A stretch of DNA of 64,000 nt from Auanema rhodensis (Eukaryota > Animalia > Nematoda): NCBI GenBank assembly GCA_964057225.1, contig OZ059898.1, positions 1,922,001 to 1,986,000 on the forward strand. The letters run 5' to 3'. Each line of letters opens with the position of its first letter. The stretch's first letter is position 1. The notes beneath the pieces were generated by a model, which saw only the letters and a program-made list of their open reading frames with translations, had not been told where the DNA came from and did not search any database. The position numbers and the translations under genes were made by a program. This document shows positions 1 through 10,200 of the stretch, in pieces.

Positions 1-6
1 ATGCGG

Positions 7-57
7 ATTTTTAAGCTGCGTCGATCTGTGTTATCAGATTTGCGCTAGCTTAAAAAT
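7..57. repeat. Imperfect inverted repeat 1, present in every monomer
   Basis: ATTTTTAAGCT (7-17) pairs with AGCTTAAAAAT (47-57), GCG (18-20) with CGC (43-45), and ATCTG (24-28) with CAGAT (35-39). The loop is TGTTAT. Confidence 0.9.
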
Positions 58-74
58 GCACCGAGATATTAACT

Positions 75-96
75 GATATAAGTTCACACTTATATC
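75..96. repeat. Inverted repeat 2, 9-bp arms with a 4-nt loop
   Basis: GATATAAGT (75-83) - TCAC - ACTTATATC (88-96). Confidence 0.9.
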
Positions 97-170
97 CTCG
101 ATTTTCACCCTGAAGAATTAATTTTTTCGTTGAATAACATTGTCCATCGTCTTTGCCTTGAAAAAAGGAA

Positions 171-242
171 TCTAAAAACATCTACTTTTTGCTAAATTAT
201 TTCGAAATTTTTCGAAAAAATTTTTGTCAAAATGTTTTTGGA
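171..242. repeat. Degenerate inverted repeat 3 containing nested palindromes and A/T tracts
   Basis: TCTAAAAACAT (171-181) pairs with ATGTTTTTGGA (232-242) with one G-T. Internal elements are TTTCGAAA (200-207 and 210-217), TTTTTCGAAAAA (208-219), AAAAATTTTT (216-225) and TTTTG-T-CAAAA (222-232). Confidence 0.7.
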
Positions 243-246
243 AGCA

Positions 247-274
247 ATGTTGAGTGTACATGGAAACTCAACAT
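247..274. repeat. Inverted repeat 4, 9-bp arms with a 10-nt spacer
   Basis: ATGTTGAGT (247-255) - GTACATGGAA - ACTCAACAT (266-274). Confidence 0.9.
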
Positions 275-2808
275 ACACTAATGCATCATTTTTCAAACGA
301 TCATAACTAATTTTTGTATTAAGCGTTTCTCAATGTAGTATAGTGCATTCGATGCGGATTTTTATGCTGCGTCGATCTGTGTTATCAGATTTGCGCTAGC
401 TTAAAAATGCACCGAGATATCAACTGATATAAGTTCACACTTATATCCTCGATTTTCACCCTGAAGAATTAATTTTTTCGTTGAATAACATTGTCCATCG
501 TCTTTGCCTTGAAAAAAGAAATCTAAAAACATCTACTTTTCGATAAATTATTTTGAAATTTTTCGAAAAAATTTTTGTCAAAATGTTTTTGGAAGCAATG
601 TTGAGTGTACATGGAAACTCAACATACACTAATGCATCATTTTTCAAACGATCATAACTAATTTTTGTATTAAGCGTTTCTCAATGTAGTATAGTGCATT
701 CGATGCGGATTTTTAAGCTGCGTCGATCTGTGTTATCAGATTTGCGCTAGCTTAAAAATGCACCGAGATATCAACTGATATAAGTTCACACTTATATCCT
801 CGATTTTCACCCTGAAGAATTAATTTTTTCGTTGAATAACATTGTCCATCGTCTTTGCCTTGAAAAAAGGAATCTAAAAACATCTACTTTTTGCTAAATT
901 ATTTTGAAATTTTTCGAAAAAATTTTTGTCAAAATGTTTTTGGAAGCAATGTTGAGTGTACATGGAAACTCAACATACACTAATGCATCATTTTTCAAAC
1001 GATCATAACTAATTTTTGTATTAAGCGTTTCTCAATGTAGTATAGTGCATTCGATGCGGATTTTTAAGCTGCGTCGATCTGTGTTATCAGATTTGCGCTA
1101 GCTTAAAAATGCACCGAGATATCAACTGATATAAGTTCACACTTATATCCTCGATTTTCACCCTGAAGAATTAATTTTTTCGTTGAATAACATTGTCCAT
1201 CGTCTTTGCCTTGAAAAAAGGAATCTAAAAACATCTACTTTTTGCTAAATTATCTTGAAATTTTTCGAAAAAATTTTTGTCAAAATGTTTTTGGAAGCAA
1301 TGTTGAGTGTACATGGAAACTCAACATACACTAATGCATCATTTTTCAAACGATCATAACTAATTTTTGTATTAAGTGTTTCTCAATGTAGTATAGTGCA
1401 TTCGATGCGGATTTTTAAGCTGCGTCGATCTGTGTTATCAGATTTGCGCTAGCTTAAAAATGCACTGAGATATCAACTGATATAAGTTCACACTTATATC
1501 CTCGATTTTCACCCTGAAGAATTAATTTTTTCGTTGAATAACATTGTCCATCGTCTTTGCCTTGAAAAAAGGAATCTAAAAACATCTACTTTTTGCTAAA
1601 TTATCTCGAAATTTTTCGAAAAAATTTTTGTCAAAATGTTTTTGGAAGCAATGTTGAGTGTACATGGAAACTCAACATACACTAATGCATCATTTTTCAA
1701 ACGATCATAACTAATTTTTGTATTAAGCGTTTCTCAATGTAGTATAGTGCATTCGATGCGGATTTTTAAGCTGCGTCGATCTGTGTTATCAGATTTGCGC
1801 TAGCTTAAAAATGCACCGAGATATCAACTGATATAAGTTCACACTTATATCCTCGATTTTCACCCTGAAGAATTAATTTTTTCGTTGAATAACATTGTCC
1901 ATCGTCTTTGCCTTGAAAAAAGGAATCTAAAAACATCTACTTTTTGCTAAATTATTTTGAAATTTTTCGAAAAAATTTTTGTCAAAATGTTTTTGGAAGC
2001 AATGTTGAGTGTACATGGAAACTCAACATACACTAATGCATCATTTTTCAAACGATCATAACTAATTTTTGTATTAAGCGTTTCTCAATGTAGTATAGTG
2101 CATTCGATGCGGATTTTTAAGCTGCGTCGATCTGTGTTATCAGATTTGCGCTAGCTTAAAAATGCACCGAGATATTAACTGATATAAGTTCACACTTATA
2201 TCCTCGATTTTCACCCTGAAGAATTAATTTTTTCGTTGAATAACATTGTCCATCGTCTTTGCCTTGAAAGAAGGAATCTAAAAACATCTACTTTTTGCTA
2301 AATTATTTCGAAATTTTTCGAAAAAATTTTTGTCAAAATGTTTTTGGAAGCAATGTTGAGTGTACATGGAAACTCAACATACACTAATGCATCATTTTTC
2401 AAACGATCATAACTAATTTTTGTATTAAGCGTTTCTCAATGTAGTATAGTGCATTCGATGCGGATTTTTATGCTGCGTCGATCTGTGTTATCAGATTTGC
2501 GCTAGCTTAAAAATGCACCGAGATATCAACTGATATAAGTTCACACTTATATCCTCGATTTTCACCCTGAAGAATTAATTTTTTCGTTGAATAACATTGT
2601 CCATCGTCTTTGCCTTGAAAAAAGGAATCTAAAAACATCTACTTTTTGCTAAATTATTTTGAAATTTTTCGAAAAAATTTTTGTCAAAATGTTTTTGGAA
2701 GCAATGTTGAGTGTACATGGAAACTCAACATACACTAATGCATCATTTTTCAAACGATCATAACTAATTTTTGTATTAAGCGTTTCTCAATGTAGTATAG
2801 TGCATTCG

Positions 2809-4212
2809 ATGCGGATTTTTAAGCTGCGTCGATCTGTGTTATCAGATTTGCGCTAGCTTAAAAATGCACCGAGATATTAACTGATATAAGTTCACACTTA
2901 TATCCTCGATTTTCACCCTGAAGAATTAATTTTTTCGTTGAATAACATTGTCCATCGTCTTTGCCTTGAAAAAAGGAATCTAAAAACATCTACTTTTTGC
3001 TAAATTATTTCGAAATTTTTCGAAAAAATTTTTGTCAAAATGTTTTTGGAAGCAATGTTGAGTGTACATGGAAACTCAACATACACTAATGCATCATTTT
3101 TCAAACGATCATAACTAATTTTTGTATTAAGCGTTTCTCAATGTAGTATAGTGCATTCGATGCGGATTTTTAAGCTGCGTCGATCTGTGTTATCAGATTT
3201 GCGCTAGCTTAAAAATGCACCGAGATATTAACTGATATAAGTTCACACTTATATCCTCGATTTTCACCCTGAAGAATTAATTTTTTCGTTGAATAACATT
3301 GTCCATCGTCTTTGCCTTGAAAAAAGGAATCTAAAAACATCTACTTTTTGCTAAATTATTTCGAAATTTTTCGAAAAAATTTTTGTCAAAATGTTTTTGG
3401 AAGCAATGTTGAGTGTACATGGAAACTCAACATACACTAATGCATCATTTTTCAAACGATCATAACTAATTTTTGTATTAAGCGTTTCTCAATGTAGTAT
3501 AGTGCATTCGATGCGGATTTTTAAGCTGCGTCGATCTGTGTTATCAGATTTGCGCTAGCTTAAAAATGCACCGAGATATTAACTGATATAAGTTCACACT
3601 TATATCCTCGATTTTCACCCTGAAGAATTAATTTTTTCGTTGAATAACATTGTCCATCGTCTTTGCCTTGAAAAAAGGAATCTAAAAACATCTACTTTTT
3701 GCTAAATTATTTCGAAATTTTTCGAAAAAATTTTTGTCAAAATGTTTTTGGAAGCAATGTTGAGTGTACATGGAAACTCAACATACACTAATGCATCATT
3801 TTTCAAACGATCATAACTAATTTTTGTATTAAGCGTTTCTCAATGTAGTATAGTGCATTCGATGCGGATTTTTAAGCTGCGTCGATCTGTGTTATCAGAT
3901 TTGCGCTAGCTTAAAAATGCACCGAGATATTAACTGATATAAGTTCACACTTATATCCTCGATTTTCACCCTGAAGAATTAATTTTTTCGTTGAATAACA
4001 TTGTCCATCGTCTTTGCCTTGAAAAAAGGAATCTAAAAACATCTACTTTTTGCTAAATTATTTCGAAATTTTTCGAAAAAATTTTTGTCAAAATGTTTTT
4101 GGAAGCAATGTTGAGTGTACATGGAAACTCAACATACACTAATGCATCATTTTTCAAACGATCATAACTAATTTTTGTATTAAGCGTTTCTCAATGTAGT
4201 ATAGTGCATTCG
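2809..4212 (+). repeat. Run of four apparently identical monomers
   Basis: Monomers at 2809, 3160, 3511 and 3862 all carry only the GATATT and ATTTCG alleles. Confidence 0.75.
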
Positions 4213-7200
4213 ATGCGGATTTTTATGCTGCGTCGATCTGTGTTATCAGATTTGCGCTAGCTTAAAAATGCACCGAGATATCAACTGATATAAGTTCACA
4301 CTTATATCCTCGATTTTCACCCTGAAGAATTAATTTTTTCGTTGAATAACATTGTCCATCGTCTTTGCCTTAAAAAAAGAAATCTAAAAACATCTACTTT
4401 TCGATAAATTATTTTGAAATTTTTCGAAAAAATTTTTGTCAATATGTTTTTGGAAGCAATGTTGAGTGTACATGGAAACTCAACATACACTAATGCATCA
4501 TTTTTCAAACGATCATAACTTATTTTTGTATTAAGCGTTTCTCAATGTAGTATAGTGCATTCGATGCGGATTTTTAAGCTGCGTCGATCTGTGTTATCAG
4601 ATTTGCGCTAGCTTAAAAATGCACCGAGATATCAACTGATATAAGTTCACACTTATATCCTCGATTTTCACCCTGAAGAATTAATTTTTTCGTTGAATAA
4701 CATTGTCCATCGTCTTTGCCTTGAAAAAAGGAATCTAAAAACATCTACTTTTTGCTAAATTATTTTGAAATTTTTCGAAAAAATTTTTGTCAAAATGTTT
4801 TTGGAAGCAATGTTGAGTGTACATGGAAACTCAACATACACTAATGCATCATTTTTCAAACGGTCATAACTAATTTTTGTATTAAGCGTTTCTCAATGTA
4901 GTATAGTGCATTCGATGCGGATTTTTAAGCTGCGTCGATCTGTGTTATCAGATTTGCGCTAGCTTAAAAATGCACCGAGATATTAACTGATATAAGTTCA
5001 CACTTATATCCTCGATTTTCACCCTGAAGAATAAGTTTTTTCGTTGGATAACATTGTCCATCGTCTTTGCCTTGAAAAAAGGAATCTAAAAACATCTACT
5101 TTTTGCTAAATTATTTTGAAATTTTTCGAAAAAAATTTTTGTCAAAATGTTTTTGGAAGCAATGTTGAGTGTACATGGAAACTCAACATACACTAATGCA
5201 TCATTTTTCAAACGATCATAACTAATTTTTGTATTAAGCGTTTCTCAATGTAGTATAGTGCATTCGATGCGGATTTTTAAGCTGCGTCGATCTGTGTTAT
5301 CAGATTTGCGCTAGCTTAAAAATGCACCGAGATATCAACTGATATAAGTTCACACTTATATCCTCGATTTTCACCCTGAAGAATTAATTTTTTCGTTGAA
5401 TAACATTGTCCATCGTCTTTGCCTTGAAAAAAGAAATCTAAAAACATCTACTTTTTGATAAATTATTTTGAAATTTTTCGAAAAAATTTTTGTCAAAATG
5501 TTTTTGGAAGCAATGTTGAGTGTACATGGAAACTCAACATACACTAATGCATCATTTTTCAAACGATCATAATTAATTTTTGTATTAAGCGTTTCTCAAT
5601 GTAGTATAGTGCATTCGATGCGGATTTTTAAGCTGCGTCGATCTGTGTTATCAGATTTGCGCTAGCTTAAAAATGCACCGAGATATCAACTGATATAAGT
5701 TCACACTTATATCCTCGATTTTCACCCTGAAGAATTAATTTTTTCGTTGAATAACATTGTCCATCGTCTTTGCCTTGAAAAAAGGAATCTAAAAACATCT
5801 ACTTTTTGCTAAATTATTTTGAAATTTTTCGAAAAAATTTTTGTCAAAATGTTTTTGGAAGCAATGTTGAGTGTACATGGAAACTCAACATACACTAATG
5901 CATCATTTTTCAAACGATCATAACTAATTTTTGTATTAAGCGTTTCTCAATGTAGTATAGTGCATTCGATGCGGATTTTTAAGCTGCGTCGATCTGTGTT
6001 ATCAGATTTGCGCTAGCTTAAAAATGCACCGAGATATTAACTGATATAAGTTCACACTTATATCCTCGATTTTCACCCTGAAGAATTAATTTTTTCGTTG
6101 AATAACATTGTCCATCGTCTTTGCCTTGAAAAAAGGAATCTAAAAACATCTACTTTTTGCTAAATTATTTTGAAATTTTTCGAAAAAAATTTTTGTCAAA
6201 ATGTTTTTGGAAGCAATGTTGAGTGTACATGGAAACTCAACATACACTAATGCATCATTTTTCAAACGGTCATAACTTATTTTTGTATTAAGCGTTTCTC
6301 AATGTAGTATAGTGCATTCGATGCGGATTTTTAAGCTGCGTCGATCTGTGTTATCAGATTTGCGCTAGCTTAAAAATGCACCGAGATATCAACTGATATA
6401 AGTTCACACTTATATCCTCGATTTTCACCCTGAAGAATTAATTTTTTCGTTGAATAACATTGTCCATCGTCTTTGCCTTGAAAAAAGGAATCTAAAAACA
6501 TCTACTTTTTGCTAAATTATTTTGAAATTTTTCGAAAAAATTTTTGTCAAAATGTTTTTGGAAGCAATGTTGAGTGTACATGGAAACTCAACATACACTA
6601 ATGCATCATTTTTCAAACGGTCATAACTAATTTTTGTATTAAGCGTTTCTCAATGTAGTATAGTGCATTCGATGCGGATTTTTAAGCTGCGTCGATCTGT
6701 GTTATCAGATTTGCGCTAGCTTAAAAATGCACCGAGATATTAACTGATATAAGTTCACACTTATATCCTCGATTTTCACCCTGAAGAATAAGTTTTTTCG
6801 TTGGATAACATTGTCCATCGTCTTTGCCTTGAAAAAAGGAATCTAAAAACATCTACTTTTTGCTAAATTATTTTGAAATTTTTCGAAAAAAATTTTTGTC
6901 AAAATGTTTTTGGAAGCAATGTTGAGTGTACATGGAAACTCAACATACACTAATGCATCATTTTTCAAACGATCATAACTAATTTTTGTATTAAGCGTTT
7001 CTCAATGTAGTATAGTGCATTCGATGCGGATTTTTAAGCTGCGTCGATCTGTGTTATCAGATTTGCGCTAGCTTAAAAATGCACCGAGATATCAACTGAT
7101 ATAAGTTCACACTTATATCCTCGATTTTCACCCTGAAGAATTAATTTTTTCGTTGAATAACATTGTCCATCGTCTTTGCCTTGAAAAAAGAAATCTAAAA

Positions 7201-10200
7201 ACATCTACTTTTTGATAAATTATTTTGAAATTTTTCGAAAAAATTTTTGTCAAAATGTTTTTGGAAGCAATGTTGAGTGTACATGGAAACTCAACATACA
7301 CTAATGCATCATTTTTCAAACGATCATAATTAATTTTTGTATTAAGCGTTTCTCAATGTAGTATAGTGCATTCGATGCGGATTTTTAAGCTGCGTCGATC
7401 TGTGTTATCAGATTTGCGCTAGCTTAAAAATGCACCGAGATATCAACTGATATAAGTTCACACTTATATCCTCGATTTTCACCCTGAAGAATTAATTTTT
7501 TCGTTGAATAACATTGTCCATCGTCTTTGCCTTGAAAAAAGGAATCTAAAAACATCTACTTTTTGCTAAATTATTTTGAAATTTTTCGAAAAAATTTTTG
7601 TCAAAATGTTTTTGGAAGCAATGTTGAGTGTACATGGAAACTCAACATACACTAATGCATCATTTTTCAAACGATCATAACTAATTTTTGTATTAAGCGT
7701 TTCTCAATGTAGTATAGTGCATTCGATGCGGATTTTTAAGCTGCGTCGATCTGTGTTATCAGATTTGCGCTAGCTTAAAAATGCACCGAGATATTAACTG
7801 ATATAAGTTCACACTTATATCCTCGATTTTCACCCTGAAGAATTAATTTTTTCGTTGAATAACATTGTCCATCGTCTTTGCCTTGAAAAAAGAAATCTAA
7901 AAACATCTACTTTTCGATAAATTATTTTGAAATTTTTCGAAAAAATTTTTGTCAAAATGTTTTTGGAAGCAATGTTGAGTGTACATGGAAACTCAACATA
8001 CACTAATGCATCATTTTTCAAACGATCATAACTAATTTTTGTATTAAGCGTTTCTCAATGTAGTATAGTGCATTCGATGCGGATTTTTAAGCTGCGTCGA
8101 TCTGTGTTATCAGATTTGCGCTAGCTTAAAAATGCACCGAGATATCAACTGATATAAGTTCACACTTATATCCTCGATTTTCACCCTGAAGAATTAATTT
8201 TTTCGTTGAATAACATTGTCCATCGTCTTTGCCTTGAAAAAAGGAATCTAAAAACATCTACTTTTTGCTAAATTATTTTGAAATTTTTCGAAAAAATTTT
8301 TGTCAAAATGTTTTTGGAAGCAATGTTGAGTGTACATGGAAACTCAACATACACTAATGCATCATTTTTCAAACGATCATAACTAATTTTTGTATTAAGC
8401 GTTTCTCAATGTAGTATAGTGCATTCGATGCGGATTTTTAAGCTGCGTCGATCTGTGTTATCAGATTTGCGCTAGCTTAAAAATGCACCGAGATATCAAC
8501 TGATATAAGTTCACACTTATATCCTCGATTTTCACCCTGAAGAATTAATTTTTTCGTTGAATAACATTGTCCATCGTCTTTGCCTTGAAAAAAGGAATCT
8601 AAAATTATCTACTTTTTGCTAAATTATCTTGAAATTTTTCGAAAAAATTTTTGTCAAAATGTTTTTGGAAGCAATGTTGAGTGTACATGGAAACTCAACA
8701 TACACTAATGCATCATTTTTCAAACGATCATAACTAATTTTTGTATTAAGTGTTTCTCAATGTAGTATAGTGCATTCGATGCGGATTTTTAAGCTGCGTC
8801 GATCTGTGTTATCAGATTTGCGCTAGCTTAAAAATGCACTGAGATATCAACTGATATAAGTTCACACTTATATCCTCGATTTTCACCCTGAAGAATTAAT
8901 TTTTTCGTTGAATAACATTGTCCATCGTCTTTGCCTTGAAAAAAGGAATCTAAAAACATCTACTTTTTGCTAAATTATCTCGAAATTTTTCGAAAAAATT
9001 TTTGTCAAAATGTTTTTGGAAGCAATGTTGAGTGTACATGGAAACTCAACATACACTAATGCATCATTTTTCAAACGATCATAACTAATTTTTGTATTAA
9101 GCGTTTCTCAATGTAGTATAGTGCATTCGATGCGGATTTTTAAGCTGCGTCGATCTGTGTTATCAGATTTGCGCTAGCTTAAAAATGCACCGAGATATCA
9201 ACTGATATAAGTTCACACTTATATCCTCGATTTTCACCCTGAAGAATTAATTTTTTCGTTGAATAACATTGTCCATCGTCTTTGCCTTGAAAAAAGGAAT
9301 CTAAAAACATCTACTTTTTGCTAAATTATTTTGAAATTTTTCGAAAAAATTTTTGTCAAAATGTTTTTGGAAGCAATGTTGAGTGTACATGGAAACTCAA
9401 CATACACTAATGCATCATTTTTCAAACGATCATAACTAATTTTTGTATTAAGCGTTTCTCAATGTAGTATAGTGCATTCGATGCGGATTTTTAAGCTGCG
9501 TCGATCTGTGTTATCAGATTTGCGCTAGCTTAAAAATGCACCGAGATATTAACTGATATAAGTTCACACTTATATCCTCGATTTTCACCCTGAAGAATTA
9601 ATTTTTTCGTTGAATAACATTGTCCATCGTCTTTGCCTTGAAAAAAGGAATCTAAAAACATCTACTTTTTGCTAAATTATTTCGAAATTTTTCGAAAAAA
9701 TTTTTGTCAAAATGTTTTTGGAAGCAATGTTGAGTGTACATGGAAACTCAACATACACTAATGCATCATTTTTCAAACGATCATAACTAATTTTTGTATT
9801 AAGCGTTTCTCAATGTAGTATAGTGCATTCGATGCGGATTTTTAAGCTGCGTCGATCTGTGTTATCAGATTTGCGCTAGCTTAAAAATGCACCGAGATAT
9901 TAACTGATATAAGTTCACACTTATATCCTCGATTTTCACCCTGAAGAATTAATTTTTTCGTTGAATAACATTGTCCATCGTCTTTGCCTTGAAAAAAGGA
10001 ATCTAAAAACATCTACTTTTTGCTAAATTATTTCGAAATTTTTCGAAAAAATTTTTGTCAAAATGTTTTTGGAAGCAATGTTGAGTGTACATGGAAACTC
10101 AACATACACTAATGCATCATTTTTCAAACGATCATAACTAATTTTTGTATTAAGCGTTTCTCAATGTAGTATAGTGCATTCGATGCGGATTTTTATGCTG

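Larger units (their letters stand above)
1..351 (+). repeat. Representative satellite monomer (phase arbitrary), about 31% GC, rich in A/T tracts
   Basis: The next copy starts at 352. Hand count gives C=57, G=53 and 13 CpG dinucleotides. Confidence 0.97.

Noticed and set aside
198-220. Heat-shock-element-like TTC/GAA cluster
   Set aside because: Spacing is 0 and 4 nt rather than the 2 nt required for alternating nGAAn units.
100-323. Monomer derived from two ~175-bp halves (ATTTTCA...AATTTTT at about 100-134 versus 287-323)
   Set aside because: The similarity is weak, confined to AT-rich tracts, and offset by about 187 bp. It cannot be supported without an alignment significance test.
1-351. 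Monomer length is a multiple of three (117 codons), suggesting a coding tandem repeat
   Set aside because: The most open frame keeps essentially fixed stops (TAG 46-48, TAA 79-81), no ORF spans a whole monomer, and +1 insertions are tolerated.
1-351. 5S rRNA, tRNA, snRNA or spliced-leader tandem gene array
   Set aside because: I recognised no Pol III boxes, cloverleaf, Sm site context or known RNA sequence. An Rfam/Infernal search would be the definitive test.
1-351. Assignment to a known ~350-360-bp satellite (e.g. Drosophila 1.688/359-bp or tenebrionid beetle satellites)
   Set aside because: Only length and AT content are similar. I cannot recognise sequence identity, so a database search is required.
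5039-5056. CENP-B-box-like TTCGTTGGA in variant monomers
   Set aside because: It matches only the left half of the box, and the essential CGGG is absent (ATAACATT follows).
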